Source: Candidatus Marinacidobacterium sp. (GTDB taxonomy: Bacteria > Acidobacteriota > Vicinamibacteria > Marinacidobacterales > Marinacidobacteraceae). From it: a DNA stretch of 64,000 nt. This document shows, one piece after another, positions 1 to 8,200 of the stretch (position 1 is its first letter; every line of letters begins with the position of its first letter). The notes under the pieces are model-generated. The model did no database searches, had not been told where the DNA came from, and saw only the letters and a program-made list of their open reading frames with translations. The stretch spans positions 1,452,012 through 1,516,011 of the forward strand of contig OZ241856.1 of NCBI GenBank assembly GCA_965202845.1. Direction: 5' to 3'. The translations under genes and the position numbers were made by a program.

Positions 1-1
1 C

Positions 2-1567
2 GGCCCCTACATCCAGTTCAACCACGTCATCCACCAGCCGGAGGAGCTGCTCCCCGCGCAGTCGTTCCCCGACGAGTCGCGGATGGAGGCGTACACCCAG
101 CTCTCGGAGATTGCGCCCGACCTGGCGCACGCCAGCATCACCATGCGCGCCGACCGCGGGGTGACCGCGAGTCTGGTGCAGCCGGACATGGAGATTCTCC
201 AGACCCAGACCCTCCTCTCCGACATCAACCGGGCGCCGTACCGCCTGCTGGACACCAGCTGGGTTTCGGGCGCCGAGGCGCGCGGGCTGGTCGAAAGCGA
301 CTACCTGTTCAACTTCGTGCCGAGCAGCGGCATCGCCCGCGTCTTCGCCGGCCCCACTTCGGACGCCCGCTTCGTCCACTATGCGATCGAGATCGAGCCG
401 CAGCACTTCACGGTGGCCCGGGAGGAGGGCGGCATCGAGTACTTCACCCGCTTCGAGGTCACCGGCGAAGTCGTGGACACCGAAGACCGGGTGATCCACG
501 ACTTCGCGGTGGAGCCGTTCCTGCGACTCACCGAGAGCCAGTTCCAGGACGTGGGGGCGCGACCCTTCACCTACCGCGGCGCCTTCCCGCTGATCGAGGG
601 CAGCTACCGGCTGCGGGTGATCCTCAAGAACGACGCCCGCACCGAGTACACGCTGTTCGAGGACGACATCCTGGCGCCGGGCGCCGACGGCGTCCTCTCC
701 CGCCCCCTCCTGCTCCACGGCCCGCCGACCGAAGCGGCGGAGGAGGATGCTTCCGGGGCCTGGACGACCGGCGGGACGCAGCTGATCCCCAATGCGCGGG
801 CGGTGCTCGCAGCTGGCGGCCGGCTCCGGGCGGCGGCGGCGGTCGCCGGCCACGACGCCGTGACCTTCCGGGTCGCGCCCTGGCGGGCGGACGGCGAACC
901 GGCGGAACCGATTCTCGAGGAACAAGCGGCGGTCGTGGACGGGATCGCCTTTTGGTCTCCGGACGCCGCCGCCTGGGAGACCGGCCGCTACCTGCTGTCG
1001 CTGCGCGCCGGAAGCGGGGAGCGGAGCATGACGTTCGACATCACCGCCCGGCGCGCCGTCGCGCCGCCGTGGGGACTCGGCGACTCGTTCGGCGTTGAGA
1101 TGCCGGGAAGCCTCGCCGCCACCCTCGCCGAGCAGTGGCTCCGGGCGGAGGACCACGAACGCGCCCGGCGAGCCTTCCGACAGGCGCTTTCCGAGAACCC
1201 CAACCTCGGCCGGGCGCGGCGGGCGCTCGGCCGCTTCGCGCTGGACGACGGCGAACCGCGCGAGGCGGTCCGCCTTCTCGAACCGGCGCTCGCCCAGGCC
1301 CCGGAGGATGTGGGGTTGCTGCGGCTGCTGGGGGACGCCCACCGGGAGTCCGGCAACCATCCGCGGGCGATCGATCTCTACCAGCGTTCGCTCCCGCTCC
1401 GGGCCGCCGACCCGCCGCTGCTGAACGCGCTGGCGCTCTCGCTCGCCGCCTCCGGCGACCGGGGGCAGGCCATCACCCGTCTGGAGGAGTCCCTGCGACT
1501 CGCTCCCGACCAGCCGGAAGTCCGCCAGCTGCTCGCCTCCTTCCGCGCCGCGCCGCCCGGCCCCTGA
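2..1567 (+). CDS. TPR-repeat protein, 5'-truncated; resembles the C-terminal part of acidobacterial GWxTD-domain proteins
   Basis: Frame open from nt 2. C-terminal TPR-like helices (ARRAFRQALSENPN, AIDLYQRSL, LEESLRLAPDQPEV). The GWxTD motif itself is not in the window. Confidence 0.6.
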   Translation, partial: GPYIQFNHVIHQPEELLPAQSFPDESRMEAYTQLSEIAPDLAHASITMRADRGVTASLVQPDMEILQTQTLLSDINRAPYRLLDTSWVSGAEARGLVESDYLFNFVPSSGIARVFAGPTSDARFVHYAIEIEPQHFTVAREEGGIEYFTRFEVTGEVVDTEDRVIHDFAVEPFLRLTESQFQDVGARPFTYRGAFPLIEGSYRLRVILKNDARTEYTLFEDDILAPGADGVLSRPLLLHGPPTEAAEEDASGAWTTGGTQLIPNARAVLAAGGRLRAAAAVAGHDAVTFRVAPWRADGEPAEPILEEQAAVVDGIAFWSPDAAAWETGRYLLSLRAGSGERSMTFDITARRAVAPPWGLGDSFGVEMPGSLAATLAEQWLRAEDHERARRAFRQALSENPNLGRARRALGRFALDDGEPREAVRLLEPALAQAPEDVGLLRLLGDAHRESGNHPRAIDLYQRSLPLRAADPPLLNALALSLAASGDRGQAITRLEESLRLAPDQPEVRQLLASFRAAPPGP

Positions 1568-1769
1568 TCCAACAAACCGGTCCGGGGCTTCGGTCCGTTG
1601 GAACTCCGGGGGAGCGCACTGCAGCGTCCCGCAAACCCAAACCCATGAAAACAGGGAACTTGGATTGGATTTTGGGTTTTCCCGCGAAGCGTGGCATAAT
1701 CGTTGCCCCTGACAGTTTCCCCGGCCCTCGCGGCCCGGCTTTTCCAACCTTCCCATCCAAGGAGAAATC

Positions 1770-4700
1770 ATGCGGAAGTCCACTTTCGCGCCGCTGCTTG
1801 CGGCGCTCGCCCTCCCGGCGCTCGCGCTCGGACAGGGCGGCGACTCCAGCATCCGCGGCACGGTCACCGATGACACCGGCGCGGTGCTGCCCGGCGTCAC
1901 CGTCACCGCCACCAGCCCGGCGCTCATCAGCCCGGCGACCACCGTCACCGACGGCCAGGGCGGCTACCGGCTGCTGAACCTGCCGGTGGGCGAATTCGTC
2001 GTCGAGGCGTCGCTCTCCGGGTTCGCCACCTACCGCCAGGAAGGCATCCTGGTGCGGGCCAGCACCAACATCGGGGTGGACCCGGTGATGTCGATCAGCA
2101 GCGTCCAGGAGACAGTCACGGTGACCGCCGAGACGCCGATGCTCGAGATCTCCCGCCCCGGCAACATCCTGACCATCGAGGGCGACCTGCAGCGCGACCT
2201 CCCGATCCAGGCCCGCGGCAACTGGAGCGACTTCCTCGAGATGACTCCTGGCGTGAACGCCCGCCCCTTCGACGACGGCTCCGGTCGGATGGTCTACTTC
2301 GGCCACGCCACCGAGCACTTCGCGCATGTGATCCAGCTGGAGGGCATGGCGGCGGCCGGCTACACCGACTCCCAGGTCACCTACGTGGGCATGAACGCCG
2401 ACATGATGGAGGACATGTCGGTGAAGACCGGCGGCGCCGAGGCCAAGGACCCGATGGGCACCGGCCTGATCATGAACGTGGTCACCCGGAGCGGAGGCAA
2501 CGATCTGACCGCGTCCGCCGCCTACGACTACCAGTCCTTTGATTGGGGGACGGGCAACGAGAACCAGCTCGAAGGGTTCCTCGGCGACAACGAGATCCCC
2601 GAGGGTTGGGATCCGTTCACCGAGGAGCGGCAGAAATTCCAGTCGCTCGGCGTCTACAATCCGCCCGAGGGACGCGCCGCCACGGCGGGGACCCCTACCG
2701 CGCACCTCGTGAAACAGGCGGACTTCTCGGTCGGCGGCCCGATCATCCGCGACAAGGCATGGTTCTTCGGGGCGTACCGGAACGCCGATCTGGCCTCCCG
2801 CATCAGTCGCCTCCCCAGGGACCTTGAACGACTGAACGCCCTCTCCGGGCTCAGCATGGGGAGCACCGGAACCGCGCCCACCTACACCGAGTTCAACAAC
2901 ACGACCAAGAGCCACCAGCCGTACCTCAAGATCAGCGCGCAGCTCAACCCGAGCCACGAGCTGAACCTCTACTACCAGGGCGACGCGGTCGAGAACACCT
3001 CGAACCGCGAATACGATCTCGCGTCGCGGTTGACGGTGCGGACCGGCGGGAACCTCGCCGGCGCCAAGCTGACCTCGGTGTTCGGCGCCGCCACCACCGG
3101 GCAGTTCACCGCTTCGTGGAACAACAAGGCGTCCCAGGTTCCCGCGGACATCCAGCCGCAGCGCGACAGCCTGCCGCTCTACATCGAAATCCACAGCGGG
3201 TACTCGGTGAACGACAGCGGCACCATCGGCCGGGGCGGCCGGATCGGCGCCGCTGGAACCCCCAACGGCTCCGATCGGCCGGCGCGGCTCATCCTGATGC
3301 GCGCCGACATGACCCACTACGTGGACAACTTCGGCGGCTCCCACGAATTCGGGTTCGGCGTCTACGCCGCTCCGTGGAGCACCTATCCGAGCACCACGGT
3401 CTACGCCACCAGCAACGGCTGGGGCACCGAGTACCACACGCCGGTGAACGCCGCCGGAGAGCCGACGACGAATCTCGCCGACGCGGTGGGCACCCGGTGG
3501 TTCGAGCGGCGTCGCACCGGCGACCAGAACGGCCCGATCGATCAGCTCCTGACCCGCGACGCGCAGGATCGCAACATCGCGTTCTACGTCCAGGACGCCT
3601 GGAAGCCGGTGGACCGGCTCACCCTGAACCTCGGAATCCGTGCCGACTACGTCCGGCGCTACGACGCCCTTCTGGACTTCGAGCGGATGAACACCTGGGC
3701 GATCGGTCCGCGCCTGGGCTTCGCCTACCAGCTGACCGGCGACGGGCGGACGATCCTGCGAGGGAACGCCGGCCGCGTCCACGAGCAGATGAACGGACGC
3801 GACAACATCACCTCGGTGCACGGCGGAACCAGCGTCGGCAGCTATGTGGAATACGACCACGACGGCGACGGCATGCCCGATCACAGTCGTTATACCCCGC
3901 CCGCCGACCGGCTGCCGATCTCGGCGCTGTTCGATCCCGCGGGCATCACCCAGCCGTTCGTGGACGAGGCCATCCTCGGTCTGCGCCGTCAGTTCGCCGG
4001 TCAGTTCGCCATGGACGTGGCCTTCGTGCACCGTCGCTACACCGACAACTACGCGCTTCGCGAGGTCAACGGCTACTACCCGGCGGAGTCGCCGGCCTCG
4101 GTTCCCCGGGGTGAATTCCAGTACGGCGCGGTGGATATCGACTACGGCGATCTGCTGCAGCAGACGAACAACGCGTGGAGCAAGCTGGTGTACTCCGCCA
4201 TTGAGATCACCACCACCCGTCGCACCGAGCGGATGTCCGCAACGTTCAACATCAGCCGTCAGTGGCAGCACTTCGCCGGCGACTGGAACCCGACCGACCC
4301 GGCGCGCTTCATCTCGCCCGAGAAGTTCGCCTCCACCAAGGCGCTGTACATGCCGCGCGGCAACAACGAGCACGACACGCTCCGCGCATCCACCGCTCTT
4401 TCCTACGCGCCGACGTGGCGGCAGTACTCGATCCGGGGCGGCATGAGCTACCTGATGCCGTGGGACATCACGGTCGCGGCCAGCTACACGGCGAACGCCG
4501 GTCCTTGGACCGGCCCGCCCCTCTCGCGGCTCGCCGCCGACGATCCGCAGGTGACCCAGTACGGTCCGGGAAGCGCGAACAACGACTTCTCGAACCCGCT
4601 GGCGACCCGCTACCGCATCGTCGGGGCCGACCGGGGCGAGCTGCAGGTGCAGGCGCCGACCGTGCACACGCTCGGCCTCTCGCTCGGCAAGATCATCGAT

Positions 4701-4874
4701 CTCGGTCCGGCGCAGTTCGAGACCTCGGTCCAGATGTTCAACCTGCTGGATGCGCACGACCACAACCAGTTCACGTATTCCGGCGCCAACCGGACCTGGG
4801 TTCCCGCCTTCATGGAGCTCCGGAGCCGGCAGAACGCCCGGACCATGCTCGTCCGGGGCACCCTCCGCTTCTAG
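1770..4874 (+). CDS. TonB-dependent receptor, Oar-like, with N-terminal carboxypeptidase-regulatory-like domain
   Basis: Signal peptide, GTVTDDTGAVLPGVTVT motif, FYVQDAWK..RLTLNLGIR, C-terminal Phe; RBS AAGGAG upstream. Confidence 0.9.
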   Translation: MRKSTFAPLLAALALPALALGQGGDSSIRGTVTDDTGAVLPGVTVTATSPALISPATTVTDGQGGYRLLNLPVGEFVVEASLSGFATYRQEGILVRASTNIGVDPVMSISSVQETVTVTAETPMLEISRPGNILTIEGDLQRDLPIQARGNWSDFLEMTPGVNARPFDDGSGRMVYFGHATEHFAHVIQLEGMAAAGYTDSQVTYVGMNADMMEDMSVKTGGAEAKDPMGTGLIMNVVTRSGGNDLTASAAYDYQSFDWGTGNENQLEGFLGDNEIPEGWDPFTEERQKFQSLGVYNPPEGRAATAGTPTAHLVKQADFSVGGPIIRDKAWFFGAYRNADLASRISRLPRDLERLNALSGLSMGSTGTAPTYTEFNNTTKSHQPYLKISAQLNPSHELNLYYQGDAVENTSNREYDLASRLTVRTGGNLAGAKLTSVFGAATTGQFTASWNNKASQVPADIQPQRDSLPLYIEIHSGYSVNDSGTIGRGGRIGAAGTPNGSDRPARLILMRADMTHYVDNFGGSHEFGFGVYAAPWSTYPSTTVYATSNGWGTEYHTPVNAAGEPTTNLADAVGTRWFERRRTGDQNGPIDQLLTRDAQDRNIAFYVQDAWKPVDRLTLNLGIRADYVRRYDALLDFERMNTWAIGPRLGFAYQLTGDGRTILRGNAGRVHEQMNGRDNITSVHGGTSVGSYVEYDHDGDGMPDHSRYTPPADRLPISALFDPAGITQPFVDEAILGLRRQFAGQFAMDVAFVHRRYTDNYALREVNGYYPAESPASVPRGEFQYGAVDIDYGDLLQQTNNAWSKLVYSAIEITTTRRTERMSATFNISRQWQHFAGDWNPTDPARFISPEKFASTKALYMPRGNNEHDTLRASTALSYAPTWRQYSIRGGMSYLMPWDITVAASYTANAGPWTGPPLSRLAADDPQVTQYGPGSANNDFSNPLATRYRIVGADRGELQVQAPTVHTLGLSLGKIIDLGPAQFETSVQMFNLLDAHDHNQFTYSGANRTWVPAFMELRSRQNARTMLVRGTLRF

Positions 4875-4936
4875 TTTGACAAAGGACCCGGAGCGGGGCA
4901 TTGGGCTTCCGCTCCGGGTTCCCGGAGGGAAACACC

Positions 4937-6043
4937 ATGTTCCGCACTTGGCGTCCCTCCCGCGCCGTCTGCGTTCTTTCCCTGCTCGCCGCGTGTGGCG
5001 GCGAGCCGGCGTCCGGACCGGCTGACCCGTATCAGGACATCGTCAGCGAAGCCCGGGAGACCGCCGGCAGTCCGGGACTCTCGGCGGCGGTCGCGGTGGA
5101 CGGCGCGATCCTCTGGACCGGGGCGTCCGGCCTCGCCGACGTCGAGAACCAGGTCCCGGCCACCGCCGAAAGCGTCTACCGGATCGCCTCCATCTCCAAA
5201 CCGATCGCCGCCACCGCGATCCTGCAGCTGGTGGAGCAGGGGCAGATTGGCTTGGACGATCCGATCCAGACCTGGTTTCCGGCCTATCCGGAGAAGGAGC
5301 GCCCGGTCTCCATCCGCCACCTGCTGACCCACACCTCCGGCATCCGGCACTACCGGCCGGGTGAGATGGACATGCGGGAGCACTTCGACACGGTGGAGGC
5401 GGGCATCGCCATCTTCGCCGACGATCCTCTGCTCTTCGAGCCGGGGACCGAGTACCGCTACTCCACCTACGCCTACAACATGCTCGCTGGAGTGGTGGAG
5501 ACCGCCTCCGGCCTGTCCTTCGACGAGTACATGCGCGCCTTCATCCGGGAACCGGCGGGGATGCGCGCCACCTATCTGGAGCACCAGGGGCCGCTCGTCC
5601 CCCACCGCGTGCGGCAGTACGTCAAGGCCGAGACTCCCGACCTGGTGGCGAACGCGCCGTTCGCCGACCTGTCGATCAAGTGGGCCGGCGGCGGCATGAT
5701 CGCGACCGCCCCCGACCTGGTCCGCTTCGCGCTGGCGCTGGACGCCGAGACCCTGCTCGAGGCCGAAACCCACGAGGAGATGGTCACCCCCTACAGACTC
5801 GCCGACGAAAGCCTCAGCGACTACGCGCTCGGCTGGCGCATCAGCGAGGACGAGGCCGGAACCTGGGTCGCCCACTCCGGCGGCGCGACCGGCGGCACCA
5901 CCCACCTGCTGCGGCTGCCGGAGCGGGGACTCGCGGTCGCCCTGACCGCGAACGTGCAAAACGGCGCCGGGCTGCCCGACGCGGCGCGCCGACTCGCCGA
6001 CCTCGCCCTCGCGGGCGTCCGCCCATCCATGCCGAACCCATGA
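4937..6043 (+). CDS. Serine hydrolase, beta-lactamase class C-like lipoprotein
   Basis: SISK (SxxK), LLTHTSG, YST and HSG motifs; lipobox LLAAC; RBS GGAGG before ATG 4937. Confidence 0.85.
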   Translation: MFRTWRPSRAVCVLSLLAACGGEPASGPADPYQDIVSEARETAGSPGLSAAVAVDGAILWTGASGLADVENQVPATAESVYRIASISKPIAATAILQLVEQGQIGLDDPIQTWFPAYPEKERPVSIRHLLTHTSGIRHYRPGEMDMREHFDTVEAGIAIFADDPLLFEPGTEYRYSTYAYNMLAGVVETASGLSFDEYMRAFIREPAGMRATYLEHQGPLVPHRVRQYVKAETPDLVANAPFADLSIKWAGGGMIATAPDLVRFALALDAETLLEAETHEEMVTPYRLADESLSDYALGWRISEDEAGTWVAHSGGATGGTTHLLRLPERGLAVALTANVQNGAGLPDAARRLADLALAGVRPSMPNP

Positions 6044-6062
6044 ACCCCAATTTCCCTCTCTA

Positions 6063-6076
6063 CACGATTTTTCGTG
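6063..6076. promoter_or_regulatory. Inverted repeat CACGA-N4-TCGTG, candidate TA operator
   Basis: Perfect 5-bp inverted repeat just upstream of the antitoxin start in an AT-richer stretch. Confidence 0.4.
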
Positions 6077-6089
6077 CTACGCTGACTCC

Positions 6090-6407
6090 GTGTTGAGCCG
6101 GACTGTAAACCTGACAATCAACGCAGATCGGGATGCGCTCCAGCGGGCCCGGGTGCGCGCCTCTCAGGCAGGCACTTCGGTGAACGCAGTGCTACGGGAA
6201 CAGTTGCGCCGTCATGCGGCTGGCGACTTGTTGCCGGCAGCCCCAAACAAGGAAGTCAACGCAAAAATCAAGGCGCAGCGGCAGCAGGCCGTCCGCGATC
6301 TGCTCCGCATTGCGCAGGAACCCCGTCCACTGGCCGAACCGGCCCAGAGCACCCTTGACGCAAACGGGAACCGATCCTGGACGCGGGACGAATTGTATGA
6401 ACGATGA
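6090..6407 (+). CDS. Antitoxin, ribbon-helix-helix type (VapB-like)
   Basis: NLTI...ARVRA..GTSVNAVLRE RHH pattern; C-terminal WTRDELYER; overlaps the PIN gene start. Confidence 0.75.
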   Translation: MLSRTVNLTINADRDALQRARVRASQAGTSVNAVLREQLRRHAAGDLLPAAPNKEVNAKIKAQRQQAVRDLLRIAQEPRPLAEPAQSTLDANGNRSWTRDELYER

Positions 6408-6822
6408 GCGGTTTTTTCTGGACACCAATGTTCTTGTGTACCTGTTTGATGAAGAAAACCCAAACAAGCAATCCGCTGCATCGAATCTGATCAACCAACC
6501 GGATCGCCAGATCGTCCTCAGCGTTCAAGTTCTGGGCGAATTCTTTCACGTCGTCACCCGCAAGCTCAAGCAGCCGCTCTCCTCCTCCCAAGCGTTCCAT
6601 GTCGCCAACAGCTTCCATCGTTACGAAGTCAGACCAATCGATTCCCTGCTGATTCGCAAGGCCATGGAAAGACAGATCGCTTCCGAGCTGTCTTATTGGG
6701 ACTCCTTGATCGTTGAGAGCGCCATTGACGCCGAAGCGACCTTCCCGGTCACGGAAGACCTTCATCATGGCCAACGATTCGGCGCCCTGGAAATCAGAAA
6801 TCCTTTTCGGGATTCGTCCTGA
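6397..6822 (+). CDS. vapC: PIN-domain toxin (VapC)
   Basis: Starts MNDERFFLDTNVLVY; also QVLGEF, LSYWDSLI and TEDL acidic PIN motifs; NPF C-terminus. Confidence 0.9.
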   Translation: MNDERFFLDTNVLVYLFDEENPNKQSAASNLINQPDRQIVLSVQVLGEFFHVVTRKLKQPLSSSQAFHVANSFHRYEVRPIDSLLIRKAMERQIASELSYWDSLIVESAIDAEATFPVTEDLHHGQRFGALEIRNPFRDSS

Positions 6823-6843
6823 AACCTCGTTCAATTCCATATC

Positions 6844-7107
6844 ATGTCAAGCATGGTGAAACTGACGATCCGCGTGGACCGGGGCGTGCTCCAGTGCGCC
6901 CGGGCACGGGCGCAGCGAGAGGGGACTTCGGTGCAGGAAGTGCTGCGGGAGCAGTTGCGCCGCTATGCGGCCGGCGACCTGCTGCCGAAAACGGCCCGTC
7001 CGTTCCAAGCGGAGTGGCTGGAAGAGGTCGCCAAGCGGGTGAAGGCCTCAGGCGCCAGCGTCCCCGTGTCCGCCATTCTGCAGGCCCGGGATGCCGACCG
7101 GCGCTGA
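6844..7107 (+). CDS. Second RHH antitoxin-like protein (orphan paralog)
   Basis: N-terminal ~48 aa strongly similar to 6090..6407 (GTSV..VLREQLRR.AAGDLLP); different C-terminus; no toxin follows. Confidence 0.7.
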   Translation: MSSMVKLTIRVDRGVLQCARARAQREGTSVQEVLREQLRRYAAGDLLPKTARPFQAEWLEEVAKRVKASGASVPVSAILQARDADRR

Positions 7108-7118
7108 AGGACTGCCGG

Positions 7119-7505
7119 CTACTCCCCCGACGCGCCGGGGTGGACGCGCTCGCCCTCGTACTCCCGCAACCCGCAAAACCCCACCACCTCGTATCCGTTG
7201 GCTGTCAGCAACTCCGCGGCACGCGCGGCTCTTCCGCCGCCCTGTCAAGCGGTGAGGATGGAGACGTCCTTCGGCAACTCGTCGAGCCGCCCCTCCAATT
7301 CGTCAATGGGGATGTGCACGAACCCCTCGATCGTCCCGTGCTCGGCCAGTTCCGCGGCGGTGCGGACGTCCAGCAGCAGCGCCCCGTCCGCCAGCGCGCC
7401 GTCGATGTCCGCGGCCTCCACCCGGGGCGTCGCCCCCTCCTCCCCTGCCCCGCAAGCCGAAAGGATCAAAAACAAAAACGCCGGAACAGCAAGTTTGCGA
7501 AGCAT
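7119..7505 (-). CDS. Rhodanese-domain lipoprotein, probable selenoprotein (Sec87, TGA at 7245-7247)
   Basis: LLDVRT..E...GTIEG..HIP rhodanese motif; readthrough gives ILTA-U-QGGGRAARAAELLTANGYEVVGFCGLREYEG to TAG 7119; lipobox LSAC. Confidence 0.85.
7214..7229 (-). promoter_or_regulatory. Candidate bacterial SECIS hairpin
   Basis: mRNA GCCGCGCGUGCCGCGG 15 nt after UGA; stem CCGCG/CGCGG, loop CGUGC; identical to 7621-7636. Confidence 0.7.
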
Positions 7506-7873
7506 CAGGAAACCTCCCCGCTTTCTTCGTCTCCGTTGAGCGGACGGTACTCCCGTTCGCCCTGGTAGTCCTTGAGGCCGGAGAAGCCGATCACGTCCCG
7601 GCCCGATCGTTCAAGGATAGCCGCGGCACGCGCGGCCCGGGGGCCGACCATTCAGGTGGTCAGGATCGGACGGTCGGCGGGCACTTCGTCCATGCGCTCC
7701 GCCAGCTCGCCGAGATGGATGTGGAGCGCCCCCGGGATCGTGCCCGCTTCGGCCAGCTCCTGGGCGGTGCGGACGTCCAGCAGAACCGCCCGCCGCTCCC
7801 GCAGCACCCGGTCGATCCGGTCGGCGGCGACGTGAGGGGCGCGGGTTCCGAGAACCCGTCCGACGAAACTCAT
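7505..7873 (-). CDS. Rhodanese-domain protein, probable selenoprotein (Sec74, TGA at 7652-7654)
   Basis: LLDVRT..GTIPGALHI; readthrough ILTT-U-MVGPRAARAAAILERSGRDVIGFSGLKDYQG to a TGA overlapping the next ATG (TGATG). Confidence 0.85.
7620..7636 (-). promoter_or_regulatory. Candidate bacterial SECIS hairpin
   Basis: GCCGCG-CGUGC-CGCGGC 15 nt after the in-frame UGA. Confidence 0.7.
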
Positions 7874-7913
7874 GCTCCGCCCATCGTATCAGAGCGAAGA
7901 CGGGAATCGCGCT

Positions 7914-8186
7914 TCAGACGGACAGGTTGCGGGCGGGAGCGCGGGGCGGTAGCACGTCCTTGAGCCGAAGCCCCTGCCCCTTCACGAACGCAAGCAGCCC
8001 CTTCTTGTCAATCGTCCGCAGGGCGCGCGCCGAAAGCCGCAGCCGCACCGAGCGCCCCAGCTCGGGCACCCAGACCGACTTCCACTGCAGGTTGGGAAGC
8101 TGCCGCCGCTTGTTGTGGTTGTTGGCGTGGCTGACGGAGTTCCCCGACAGGGGACGCTTGCCGGTCAGCGAGCAGGTACGAGCCAT
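7914..8186 (-). CDS. rpmB: 50S ribosomal protein L28
   Basis: MARTCSLTGKRPLSGNSVSHANNHNKRRQLPNLQ. Confidence 0.97.
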   Translation of the reverse strand: MARTCSLTGKRPLSGNSVSHANNHNKRRQLPNLQWKSVWVPELGRSVRLRLSARALRTIDKKGLLAFVKGQGLRLKDVLPPRAPARNLSV

Positions 8187-8200
8187 GACGATGGGGGATT

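Noticed and set aside
1568-1769. Possible cobalamin riboswitch upstream of the TonB receptor (AAACAGGGAA..., inverted repeat AAACCCAAA/TTTGGGTTT)
   Set aside because: No B12-box or GCCACTG/GGGAAG elements seen, and the likely -10 (TGgCATAAT ~1692-1700) lies downstream of the motif. It could be an operator, but that is unsupported.
1473-4901. 1142-aa minus-strand ORF and similar long antisense ORFs (e.g. 60490-63927, most of 46918-50100)
   Set aside because: Codon-register shadows of real high-GC genes; no family motifs.
7245-7873. Treating the two short rhodanese ORFs as pseudogenes
   Set aside because: Independent stops at the same catalytic column, conserved downstream coding and a shared hairpin fit selenocysteine far better.
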